DNA from: an uncultured Gemmatimonadales bacterium
GTDB taxonomy: Bacteria; Gemmatimonadota; Gemmatimonadetes; Longimicrobiales; RSA9
Assembly: GCA_963741945.1 (NCBI GenBank)
Contig: CAVUKA010000001.1
Span: 512,001-576,000 of the forward strand
DNA length: 64,000 bases
Direction of reading: 5' to 3'
Shown here: positions 9,481-19,642 of the stretch, piece by piece
Position numbering within the stretch: position 1 is the stretch's first letter
Layout: the number at the start of each line of letters is the position of its first letter
Program-made: the position numbers and the translations under genes
The notes under the pieces: generated by a model
Databases searched by the model: none
Seen by the model: only the letters and a program-made list of their open reading frames with translations
Told to the model about the DNA's origin: nothing

Positions 9481-11376
9481 GCCGATCAGCGTTTGCACCG
9501 CGTCCAGGAGGTCCGCGGGGGTGAACGGCTTCGGGAGGAAGGCGCAGTCGAACCCGGGCAGCTCGCCCTCCAGCGCTTCCTGGGCATAGCCGGACATGAG
9601 GAGGAGCGGGACGCCCGGGCGGCGGCGGCGGAGCCGATGCCCCATTTCCAGCCCATCCATTCCCGGCATCACCACGTCCGTGACCACGAGCACCGGCGCT
9701 TCGGTCTCGCGCTCCATCAGCTCGAGCGCTTCCTCCCCCGTGGCCGCGGTCAGCACCCGGTAGCCGCGGCGGCCGAGCACCCGGGAGATCAGTTTCCGGA
9801 TCGGCGCCTCGTCCTCCACCACCAGAACGGTCCCCGAAGCACTCGCTGCCTCCGCTGTCTGCGCCCGTGGCAGGACCGGCTCCGGCGCTGCTGCTTCCAG
9901 TGTGCGCGGCAACAGCACGTGGAACACCGTACCGACCCCCGGCTCGCTCTCCGCGGAGATGTGGCCCCCGGACTGGTGGATCGTGCCGAACGCCGTCGCC
10001 AGGCCCAGCCCCGTCCCCTTCCCCTGTTCCTTCGTCGTGAAGAACGGCTCGAAGATGCGGGGGAGGACCTCGGGCGGAATCCCGGTTCCTGTATCCGCCA
10101 CCGACAGGCGGGCGTAAGCGCCACGCGAAGGCACACCGGTCTCCGTGACTTCCGCCTGCGTCAGCAGCGCTGGCGCCGTGGTGATGGTCAGACGGCCGCC
10201 CGAGGGCATGGCGTCCCGCGCGTTCACGGCCAGATTGACGAGCACCTGCTCGATCTGACCGGGGTCGACCTTCACCATCGGCAACCCGGGATCCAGATTC
10301 GTCACCACCTCCACGTCCTCTCCGATCAGGCGACGCAGCAGCTTTTCCAGATCCCGCACCAGCGCGTTCAGGTCCACCGGGACCGTCCGAAGCACCTGCT
10401 TGCGACTGAAGGCGAGGAGCTGGCGCGTCAACGCCGCCGCCCGGTCCGCCGAGCGCCGGATCTCCCGCAGGTGCTCGCGCACCGGGTGCTCCGCCGGACA
10501 GTCCTCCAGCGCCAGGCGCGTGTGGCCGTGCATTGCGGTCAGGAGATTGTTGAAGTCGTGGGCCACACCGCCCGCGAGCCGGCCTACCGCCTCCATGCGC
10601 TGCGCGTGCTGAAGGCGTGCCTCCAGCGCCCGCCGCTCGGTCACGTCCCGCGCGATCCCCGCCGTCCCCGCCCACGCGCCGCTCCCGTCCCGGAACGGGA
10701 CCTTGGTGGTTTCCAGCGTCCGCAGGCGGCCGTCGGACTTGGTCGCGGTGGTCTCGAGGGAGATCGGCCTCCCCTCGCGCAGCGCCCGGGCATCCGCCTC
10801 GTCGTAGGACGCCGCCAGCTCCGGGGGGAAGAGATCACTGTTCCGTCGCCCCAGCACCTCCTCACGCGGCCGATCCAGGAAGTGGAGGGTGGCCTCGTTG
10901 CACGCCAGGAGCCGTGACTCCGTGTCCTTCAGCCACGCCATGTCCGGGATGCTGTCCAGAAGCGCCTCGTACTGGTGCTTCGTTCGCCGCAGCCCCTCCT
11001 CCCCACGCCGCTGCTGGGTCACATCCAGCGCGATCCCCACCACCACCGGGTCGCCGTCCACGAGCGCCCGCGTGCCGTGCGCCAGCAAGTGAACGATCGT
11101 GCCTTCCCGGTGCACCGCCCGGAACGTGTATTTCAAGCGTGTCGACTTCGCCATCGAGGCGAGAATGGAGCGCGGACCTCACCATCTCCCAATCTTCCGG
11201 GTAGACGACGCCCTTCAGGCCACCGGGCCGCATGATCTCCTCGCGACTGCGACCGACCATTTCCGCCAGGCGGGCATTCACGTACGTGACCCGTTCGCCA
11301 CGCACGGCATACAGCCCCGCGAGCGACTGGCTCGCCAGCCTCCGAGCACCGCCCGCTCCTCATCGCTCCCCTTCAC
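9478..11376 (-). CDS. PAS-PAS hybrid histidine kinase with receiver; 5' end frameshifted
   Basis: ORF 9478..11154 has AHDFNN, NARDAM, GTGLGL and TDVVMP. The upstream PAS (SQSLAGLYAVRGERVTYVN...VYPEDW) is in another frame and joins if one A is removed from GAAA near 11131. A second shift is likely near 11345. Start uncertain. Confidence 0.8.
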
Positions 11377-11422
11377 GTCGCCCTTTCGCGTCCTCGGTTC
11401 CACGGCTCCGGCCCCGCTCACG

Positions 11423-11450
11423 ATATCGGCCGGCGCTGGCCCGGACTTGA
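11423..11450 (-). promoter_or_regulatory. Putative sigma28 promoter of the hybrid kinase
   Basis: Minus strand reads TCAA-N16-GCCGATAT. Confidence 0.7.
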
Positions 11451-11527
11451 GCCGGCGGCGACTCCCGCCTGCTCCGGCCAGCCCGCCGCAGACCGTGGGA
11501 ACACCGGAGGACGCTGCAGGTCGCTCG

Positions 11528-11555
11528 TAAAAATTTCGGGAGACCATTCCGATAC
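11528..11555 (+). promoter_or_regulatory. Putative sigma28 promoter of chemoreceptor 1
   Basis: TAAA-N16-TCCGATAC, back-to-back with the site at 11423. Confidence 0.6.
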
Positions 11556-11635
11556 AGCGGGTCATGGTCGGCGATGAGCGAAGCCGGCCCGCAAGCGGGA
11601 AGGTCGCTTTCATCGCGAAGAGCGGAGGAGAAGCA

Positions 11636-13819
11636 ATGCGCTGGTTCAACAACCGGAAGCTGGGCACTAAGCTGATCGCCGGGTTCATGACGGTGTCGCT
11701 GCTGGTGCTGGCTGTGGGATCGTTGGGATCCGCAGCATGGCGCAGCTGAACGCCATGGCGGACAACATCTACGAGCAGGAGCTGCTCGGGATCTCGTACT
11801 TGAAGGAAGCGAACATCGACCTTGTGGGGCTGGGGCGCGCCACGCGAGGCCTCATGCTGGCGTCGAGTGCGGAGGAGCGAAGACGCTGGAGCAGCCGAGT
11901 ACATGAGTTCCGCGCTTCGCTCGAGCGAACTGGCGAGGGCCACGCTGCTCATCGTACAGCGACGAGGGGAAGAAGCCCTGATCGCAATTCGAACGGGCAT
12001 GGGAGGAATACGATCGGGAAAACCAGGCAGTGTCGAGCTCGCCACGTCGGAGGAGCTCCACAACCAGCGCAAGTCGGTGGATCTGGCCATGGGGGCCGCG
12101 CTGGAGAAGTCGGACCTGGTCGACACGCTGCTGACGAAGCTGTCCCTCTCCAAGGAGCAGAACGCGGCGGACTATTCCGACCTGACCACGGCGCTGTACC
12201 AGCGCAGCCGGCTCTTCCTCATCCTGCTCGGGTTCGTGGCGCTCACTCCTCGGGATCGTCATGGCCTTCCTGATCACCCGCAGCATCACGGACGCCCTGA
12301 AGCGGGTGAACTGGCTCATGGACCAGATCGGCAGGGGGCACCTGAGCGAGCGCGCGGAATGGACCGCGGCGACGAGCTGGGCAGCTGACGGCCAGCATGA
12401 ATCAGATTGCCGCCGACCTGCAGGAGCACGTGGTCGGAGCCCTGAACCGGCTCAGCCGCGGCGACACCACCCGGAGCTGGTGCAGCAAGGACGAGCGCGA
12501 CGAGATCTCGCCGTGCTCTCTGCGGGCTCCGTGACTCCCTGCGCACGCTCGTCGGTGAAGTCCCAGAGCCTGGTCGAAGCCGCCCTCGCCGGCCGCCTCG
12601 ATCAGCGCGCCGACGCAGGCGCCTCGAGGGCGGCTACCGCGACGTGGTGGACGGCTTCAACGCCACCCTCGACGCCATGGCGGAACCGATTGGCGAAGCC
12701 GCCGATGTCCTGGGCCGCGTGGCCGAGCGCGATCTGACCACCCGCATGACGGGCGACTACAAGGGCGACTACGCGCGGATCAAGACCTCCCTCAACAGTG
12801 CGCTGGACAATCTCGAGAACGCGCTCTCCGAGGTGGCCGCCACGGCCGGGCAGGTGGCATCGGCGGCGGACGAGATCGCGGGCGGGAGCCAGAACCTGGC
12901 CGAGGGAGCCAGCGAGCAGGCCTCCTCGCTGGAGGAAGTCGCCAGCTCGCTGCAGGAGCTCGCGTCCATGGCCACGCAGAACACGGGCAACGCCCGCGAG
13001 GCGCGGGGGCTGGCGGAGGCCGCCGGCTCCAGCACGGACGGCGGCGCGGAAGCCATGCAGCGGCTGAGCGCCACGGTGCACCGGATCAAGGAGTCCAGTG
13101 ATGCCACGGGCCGGATCGTGAAGACCATCGACGAGATCGCCTTCCAGACCAACCTGCTGGCGCTGAACGCTGCGGTGGAAGCGGCGCGGGCGGGCGAGGC
13201 CGGGAAGGGCTTCGCCGTGGTGGCGGAGGAAGTGCGCAACCTGGCCATGCGCAGCGCGGAAGCGGCCAAGGAGACGGCGCGCCTGATCGAGGAGAGCGTG
13301 GAGAGCTCCGAGGAGGGCGTGGCCGTGCAGGGCGAGGTGGTGGGCAAGCTCGAGGAGATCCGCGGCGGCGTCTCCCGGGTCCGGGAAGTCATGGCCGAGA
13401 TCGCCGCGGCCAGCGAGCAGCAGACGGACGGCGTGGGGCAGATCAACGAGGCGGTGGAGGAGATGAACGCGGTCACACAGCGCTCCGCCGCCAGCAGCGA
13501 GGAGAGCGCCAGCGCCGCCGAGGAGCTCAGCGGTCAGGCGCAGCGCATGTCCGAGCTCGTCGCCGCCTTCCGCCTCAACACGGGCGTTGGCGCGGGCGCC
13601 GCGCGCTCCACGAGTCGGGCCGCCGCGCCCGTCGGGCTCGGCTATGGCGCGGACGAGCAACAGCGCCACCAAGCAGCGGGAACGGGCGCCGGAAGGGGAG
13701 CAACGGCCACGGGTCGACCAGGAACGGTCACGCCACGGCCGGCGCCTCGCGTCGCGCCCCGGAGGCAGCTGATCCCCTTCGACGACTTCGACTCGGACTC
13801 CCGCCTGAAGAGCTTCTGA
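11636..13819 (+). pseudogene. Methyl-accepting chemotaxis protein 1, multiply frameshifted (pseudogene or sequencing errors)
   Basis: Starts [17 protein letters not shown] behind GGAGG. Fragments in several frames (11737.., 11822.., 12261..) match the intact paralog at 17257. Intact signalling domain in ORF 12644..13819 ([34 protein letters not shown]). Confidence 0.88.
12800..13570 (+). repeat. 771-bp repeat copy 1 (MCP signalling domain)
   Basis: Runs from gcgctggacaatctcgag to gtcgccgccttc. Near-identical to 15151..15921 and 18424..19194. Confidence 0.95.
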
Positions 13820-13824
13820 CCGAG

Positions 13825-13856
13825 CGGCCGCCCGGGCTCTCTCCCCCGGGCGGCCG
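13825..13856 (+). terminator. GC-rich hairpin after MCP1, possible terminator
   Basis: 12-bp perfect stem cggccgcccggg/cccgggcggccg with an 8-nt loop. No U-tract. Confidence 0.45.
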
Positions 13857-13904
13857 TCCCGCCTCCTCCTTCGCCCGGCCGCTCCTCTCTCTTGCTCCAT
13901 GCGC

Positions 13905-13932
13905 TGAAGAACCGGTGCGGCCGCTCCGATAA
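13905..13932 (+). promoter_or_regulatory. Putative sigma28 promoter of chemoreceptor 2 and porin
   Basis: TGAA-N16-TCCGATAA, with a second CCCGATAA 11 bp downstream. Confidence 0.55.
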
Positions 13933-14002
13933 CAGCCCGATAAGAATGGTCGAATCGTGGACGGCCGTCCCGACCCCCGGCGGCCCAACTGCTGGAGCAC
14001 CC

Positions 14003-16104
14003 ATGACGTGGTTCAATAACCTCTCGCTCTCCCGGAAGTTGATGCTCGGGTTCGGGGCCGTGTTGGCCCTGCTGATCGGGACCGGAATGGCGGGCGTTCG
14101 AAGCCTGCACAGCCTCGATGAGGGCGGACACTGCGCTCTTTCAGGAGCAGACGCTCCCCCTGTCGTACGTCGGCGAATGGGCCACCAAGCTGCAGGAGTA
14201 CCAGATGCTGCAGCGGGACCTAATGCTGACGGACGACGCGAGGCAGGAACAGCAGATCGAAGTCGGAGATGGCGGCGCTGTCCGGCCGGGTCAACGAACT
14301 TCAGTCGCAGTACGAGAAGACCATCACGACCGACGTCGGCCGCGCAGCGTTCCAGCGTCTGGTGGAGGCGCGCGAGGCGTTCCTGGCGCCGGCGCAGGAG
14401 ACCAACGCGCTGGCCGAGGCGAACCGCAATGTGGAGGCCCGGGCGATGCTAATGGGCAAGCTGAAGCCGCTGGGCAAGCAGTACCAGGACGCGCTGAACG
14501 CGCTGTCCGCGCAGCGCGTCCAGCAGGCGGGAGTGGTGGCGGATGCGAACACGGGGCTCTACGAGCGGACGCGGCTGATCCTGTACGGCGCGATGCTCCT
14601 CGGCCTGCTCCTGGGGATCGGGATCGCCGTGTTCATGGCGCGTTGGATCACCAGCCGCCTCGCCCTCGTGGCGGAGCGCGCCACCGAGTTGCAGAACCGG
14701 TGCATCGCCAACCTCGGGAATGGCGCCGATGCAATGGGGGCCGGCGACCTGGATTACGAGATCGACTACGGCACCCCGCTCCTCGAGCTGGACACGAACG
14801 AGGAAGTGGGGCGCCTCGCCGGCACCGTCGACGGGATCATCCGGCGGTCCGTCGCCACGATCGAGTCGTTCCAGCGCGCGCAGAAGGTGCTGCAGAAGCT
14901 GCTTGCGGAGACGCGCGACCTGGTGAAAGCGGCTGAAGCGGGCCAGCTGGACCAGCGCGCGGATGCGGCGGCGTTCGATGGCGCGTACCACGAGCTGGTA
15001 GGCGGGGTGAACGAGCTGCTGGACGCAGTTCTGGAGCCCATCAACGAAGCGTCGGAAGTGCTGGAGCGGATGGCGGAGCGCGACCTGACGGCGCGTGTCC
15101 GCGGCGACTACAAGGGTGACCACGCGCGGATCAAGGAGTCGCTGAACACGGCGCTGGACAATCTCGAGAACGCGCTTTCCGAGGTGGCCGCCACGGCCGG
15201 GCAGGTGGCATCGGCGGCGGACGAGATCGCGGGCGGGAGCCAGAACCTGGCCGAGGGAGCCAGCGAGCAGGCCTCCTCGCTGGAGGAAGTCGCCAGCTCG
15301 CTGCAGGAGCTCGCGTCCATGGCCACGCAGAACACGGGCAACGCCCGCGAGGCGCGGGGGCTGGCGGAGGCCGCCGGCTCCAGCACGGACGGCGGCGCGG
15401 AAGCCATGCAGCGGCTGAGCGCCACGGTGCACCGGATCAAGGAGTCCAGTGATGCCACGGGCCGGATCGTGAAGACCATCGACGAGATCGCCTTCCAGAC
15501 CAACCTGCTGGCGCTGAACGCTGCGGTGGAAGCGGCGCGGGCGGGCGAGGCCGGGAAGGGCTTCGCCGTGGTGGCGGAGGAAGTGCGCAACCTGGCCATG
15601 CGCAGCGCGGAAGCGGCCAAGGAGACGGCGCGCCTCATCGAGGAGAGCGTGGAGAGCTCCGAGGAGGGCGTGGCCGTGCAGGGCGAGGTGGTGGGCAAGC
15701 TCGAGGAGATCCGCGGCGGCGTCTCCCGGGTCCGGGAAGTCATGGCCGAGATCGCCGCGGCCAGCGAGCAGCAGACGGACGGCGTGGGGCAGATCAACGA
15801 GGCGGTGGAGGAGATGAACGCGGTCACACAGCGCTCCGCCGCCAGCAGCGAGGAGAGCGCCAGCGCCGCCGAGGAGCTCAGCGGTCAGGCGCAGCGCATG
15901 TCGGAGCTCGTCGCCGCCTTCACGCTATCCGGCGCCATGGGTCGCGGCGCGCCCGGATCCGATCGACGGCCGAAGCCGGTCCGCCCCACCAGCTGGGAAG
16001 GGCGCGGGTCGCCGACGCCGCACACGGGGAACGTCCGGCAGCGCTTCGATCCGGCCGCGTTGATTGCGGCGGATGAGGACCCGATGGTTCCAGCGGAGTT
16101 CTAA
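14003..16104 (+). CDS. Methyl-accepting chemotaxis protein 2 (about two 5' frameshifts)
   Basis: [17 protein letters not shown] with TM1, then pieces in ORFs 14118.. and 14269..16104 giving a four-helix sensor, TM2, HAMPs and the signalling domain. Shifts near 14120 and 14260. Confidence 0.88.
15151..15921 (+). repeat. 771-bp repeat copy 2
   Basis: Near-identical to copies 1 and 3. Confidence 0.95.
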
Positions 16105-16106
16105 AA

Positions 16107-17156
16107 GTGCTCGACCACTGGGCACCGCGTCTGCGGGGGGTGGCGATGGCACTGGTCGTCGCCGCCCCCGCGACGGCGCAAGGTCCCCTTGACTCCCATG
16201 GCGTCGAGATCATGGCGGCCCAGACCGTCGATGCGTCCGTATTCGACGACGGTCGCAGCGCCGGCCGCGCGATCCGTGGAATCACGGACGTGGGGGTGTC
16301 CCTGGATTTCAGTTCGCTCCTCGGAATCCCCGGAGCGACGTTCTTCGCACAGGGACTGTTCCTCCTCGGCGCCAACGGATCCGATGCCGTGGGCGGAGTG
16401 CAGGCGTTCTCCAACATCGACGCCACCCCGTTCACGGGCCCGGGCGAGCTCTGGTACGAACAGCGGCTCATGGGCGAGCGGCTGCGCTGGAAGGTGGGCC
16501 GCGTGGATGCGGCCACGGAGTTCGCTGCCGTGAACGCCGCCGCGGGGTTCCTGAACGCCGCGTTCGGGCTCAGCCCCACCTTTTCCCGCGCACCCACATA
16601 TCCGAGCCCCGCTCCCAGTGTGAACGTCTTCGTGCAACCCGCTTTTCCCCTGAGCTTGGCGGTGGGAGCGTATGCCGCCGCGGACTACGGCTCTCCGTCT
16701 GACGGTGATGGCCCCTTCTATGTCGCGGAGGCGGCCATCCACCAGGCTGACCCGGGCGCCGTCGGCCGCACCGCCTTGGGAGTCTGGCGCGCGGGAGGCA
16801 GCGGCGGCTGGTATGTCCTCGGTCAGCGTTCACTGGCAATGGACGACGGCTCGCCCCGGGTGCGCCTGGTCGCCTTCGCGCTTGCCGGCAGAGCCGACCA
16901 CGGTGGGGCGGATGCCCGGCTTCATCTCGCCTCGGGCATGGTGGCACGGGCCCCGTTCAAGAAGCGCCCCGACGACGAAGCCGGCTTCGGCTACACGGGC
17001 GTGCTGCTTCCAGATGGCGGCACGGAGCAGGCATTCGAAGCCTACTACGGCCTCCGTGTCGCGCCCTGGCTCGAGATAAGGCCCGACCTCCAGCACCTGA
17101 GGACCGGCTCCCGCGGCGTGACGGCCACCACTCTCCGCATCGTGATGATCAAGTAA
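16107..17156 (+). CDS. OprB-family (carbohydrate-selective) porin
   Basis: Signal peptide (ATA-Q), then GGVQAFSNID, ELWYEQ, KVGRVDAATEF, PTYPSPAP, EAYYGLRVAPWLEIRPDLQH. GTG start 2 bp after the MCP2 stop. Confidence 0.8.
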   Translation: MLDHWAPRLRGVAMALVVAAPATAQGPLDSHGVEIMAAQTVDASVFDDGRSAGRAIRGITDVGVSLDFSSLLGIPGATFFAQGLFLLGANGSDAVGGVQAFSNIDATPFTGPGELWYEQRLMGERLRWKVGRVDAATEFAAVNAAAGFLNAAFGLSPTFSRAPTYPSPAPSVNVFVQPAFPLSLAVGAYAAADYGSPSDGDGPFYVAEAAIHQADPGAVGRTALGVWRAGGSGGWYVLGQRSLAMDDGSPRVRLVAFALAGRADHGGADARLHLASGMVARAPFKKRPDDEAGFGYTGVLLPDGGTEQAFEAYYGLRVAPWLEIRPDLQHLRTGSRGVTATTLRIVMIK

Positions 17157-17175
17157 ATCCTCCTTCCGCCGATAA
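17149..17175 (+). promoter_or_regulatory. Putative sigma28 promoter of chemoreceptor 3
   Basis: TCAAG-N14-GCCGATAA with a perfect -10 element. Confidence 0.75.
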
Positions 17176-17256
17176 CTGAAACACTGACGACGGCGGCGTT
17201 AGGATGCGCCTGGTGGACCTCCCGGGCTGGATATGATGCGAAAAGGAGCGAACAAC

Positions 17257-19485
17257 ATGCTGTGGTTCAACAACCTTAAGGTCGGCACCAAACTGATCGC
17301 CGGCTTCCTCACTGTCGCCGCACTGGTGGTGGCGGTCGGAGCCGTCGGGATTCGCAGCACCAGCAAAGTCAATGACATGGCCGACGAGATGTACGAACAG
17401 GAGCTCCTGGGGCTCTCGTACATCATGGCCGCCAACATCGACCTGGTGGGTCTGGGCCGCGCCACTCGCGAGCTGCTCCTCTCGTCCACCACCGACGACC
17501 AGACGGCGCAACGGCAGGAGGTCGAGCATTTCCGGGCCAACCTCAAGGCCGACATCGAGAAGGCAACGCCGCTGATCTACACCGCCGACGCGAAACGGCT
17601 CCTGTCGGACCTCAATCAGGTCTGGGCAGACTACGACCGGCTCAACGAGGAAGCAATCGGTCTGGCGGTGCGGGAGCCGCTCCCGGCCGAGCGTCCTTCC
17701 GTCAAGCTGGTCATGGGCCCTGCCCTGAAGCTGTCCGACCGGGCAGATTCGCTGCTCTCACAGCTCTCGACCGTGAAGGAGGGGAACGCTCAGCGGGCCT
17801 CCGAGGTCACCACCAGCACCTACGAGCACAGCCGCCTAGCCCTGATCCTGCTCGTCGTGACGGCGACCGTGGTCGGTATCCTCATCGGCGTCCTGCTGAC
17901 GCGCAGCATTCGCAATGGGCTGGGAAAGGCCGTGTGGCTGATGGGCGAGGTCGGCAGCGGGCACCTGAGCGAGCGCGCGGACATGGACCGCGCCGACGAG
18001 CTGGGGCAGCTGATCGGCAGCATGAATCAGTTTGCCTCCGACCTCCAGGAGCACGTGGTCGGAGTCCTGAACCGGCTCAGCCGCGGCGACACCACCACGG
18101 AGCTGATCCGCAAGGACGAGCGCGACGAGATCTCGCCTGCCCTCTTCGGACTTCGCGACTCCCTGCGCACGCTCGTCGGTGAGTCCCAGAGCCTGGTCGA
18201 TGCCGCCCTCGCCGGCCGCCTCGATCAGCGCGCCGACGCAGGCGCGCTCGAGGGCGGCTACCGCGACGTGGTGGACGGCTTCAACGCCACCCTCGACGCC
18301 ATGGCGGAACCGATTGGCGAAGCCGCCGATGTCCTGGGCCGCGTGGCCGAGCGCGATCTGACCACCCGCATGACGGGCGACTACAAGGGCGACTACGCGC
18401 GGATCAAGACCTCCCTCAACAGTGCGCTGGACAATCTCGAGAACGCGCTTTCCGAGGTGGCCGCCACGGCCGGGCAGGTGGCATCGGCGGCGGACGAGAT
18501 CGCGGGCGGGAGCCAGAACCTGGCCGAGGGAGCCAGCGAGCAGGCCTCCTCGCTGGAGGAAGTCGCCAGCTCGCTGCAGGAACTCGCGTCCATGGCCACG
18601 CAGAACACGGGCAACGCCCGCGAGGCGCGGGGGCTGGCGGAGGCCGCCGGCTCCAGCACGGACGGCGGCGCGGAAGCCATGCAGCGGCTGAGCGCCACGG
18701 TGCACCGGATCAAGGAGTCCAGTGATGCCACGGGCCGGATCGTGAAGACCATCGACGAGATCGCCTTCCAGACCAACCTGCTGGCGCTGAACGCTGCGGT
18801 GGAAGCGGCGCGGGCGGGTGAGGCCGGGAAGGGCTTCGCCGTGGTGGCGGAGGAAGTGCGCAACCTGGCCATGCGCAGCGCCGAGGCGGCCAAGGAGACG
18901 GCGCGCCTGATCGAGGAGAGCGTGGAGAGCTCCGAGGAGGGCGTGGCCGTGCAGGGCGAGGTGGTGGGCAAGCTCGAGGAGATCCGCGGCGGCGTCTCCC
19001 GCGTCCGGGAAGTCATGGCCGAGATCGCCGCGGCCAGCGAGCAGCAGACGGACGGCGTGGGGCAGATCAACGAGGCGGTGGAGGAGATGAACGCGGTGAC
19101 ACAGCGCTCCGCCGCCAGCAGCGAGGAGAGCGCCAGCGCCGCCGAGGAGCTCAGCGGTCAGGCGCAGCGCATGTCCGAGCTCGTCGCCGCCTTCACGCTC
19201 TCGAACGCGAACACGAACGGTGGCGCGCTGCGCAGGCCTGCGGCCGCGCACGCCCCGGCAACCCGCTCGGCCTCCCCGCACAAGGGCAGCGGTGGCAACG
19301 GCTCGGGCAACGGCGGCAGCGGCAATCGGCGCGCCGCGAATGGCGCTGGCAGCGGTCGAGCCGCGGCGAAAGCCACGGGGAACGGTCACACCGGCACGAG
19401 CCGCATCGCCTCGCGACCGGTGGCACCGGAGGCGCTGATCCCCTTCGAGGAGATCGACTCCGAGTCGAGACTCAGGGACTTCTGA
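17257..19485 (+). CDS. Methyl-accepting chemotaxis protein 3 (intact; TM-four-helix sensor-TM-HAMPs-signalling domain)
   Basis: [17 protein letters not shown] behind an AAGGAG RBS. Conserved MCP hairpin and a G/S/N-rich linker ending in RLRDF. Confidence 0.96.
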   Translation: MLWFNNLKVGTKLIAGFLTVAALVVAVGAVGIRSTSKVNDMADEMYEQELLGLSYIMAANIDLVGLGRATRELLLSSTTDDQTAQRQEVEHFRANLKADIEKATPLIYTADAKRLLSDLNQVWADYDRLNEEAIGLAVREPLPAERPSVKLVMGPALKLSDRADSLLSQLSTVKEGNAQRASEVTTSTYEHSRLALILLVVTATVVGILIGVLLTRSIRNGLGKAVWLMGEVGSGHLSERADMDRADELGQLIGSMNQFASDLQEHVVGVLNRLSRGDTTTELIRKDERDEISPALFGLRDSLRTLVGESQSLVDAALAGRLDQRADAGALEGGYRDVVDGFNATLDAMAEPIGEAADVLGRVAERDLTTRMTGDYKGDYARIKTSLNSALDNLENALSEVAATAGQVASAADEIAGGSQNLAEGASEQASSLEEVASSLQELASMATQNTGNAREARGLAEAAGSSTDGGAEAMQRLSATVHRIKESSDATGRIVKTIDEIAFQTNLLALNAAVEAARAGEAGKGFAVVAEEVRNLAMRSAEAAKETARLIEESVESSEEGVAVQGEVVGKLEEIRGGVSRVREVMAEIAAASEQQTDGVGQINEAVEEMNAVTQRSAASSEESASAAEELSGQAQRMSELVAAFTLSNANTNGGALRRPAAAHAPATRSASPHKGSGGNGSGNGGSGNRRAANGAGSGRAAAKATGNGHTGTSRIASRPVAPEALIPFEEIDSESRLRDF
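18424..19194 (+). repeat. 771-bp repeat copy 3
   Basis: Near-identical to copies 1 and 2. Similarity to MCP1 extends upstream to about 17960. Confidence 0.95.
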
Positions 19486-19642
19486 GCGGGCCGGCGCCTG
19501 GCGCGGCTTGACGGCCGCGACCGCCACCCCCTGTATCCCGGCCCGCGAGGGTCCGAAGAGCGGCGCACCAGCCACCTGCTGGTGCGCCGCTCTCGCATCG
19601 CGCATCGTGCTGGAGCCGCCTTCCTCCAGACACGGAGCGCCC

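Noticed and set aside
11130-14270. Programmed frameshifting or phase variation
   Set aside because: Too many shifts, mostly outside slippery or long homopolymer tracts. Read error or decay is simpler.
12800-19194. Diversity-generating retroelement TR/VR pair
   Set aside because: No reverse transcriptase. The differences are synonymous, not adenine-specific, and lie in the conserved domain.
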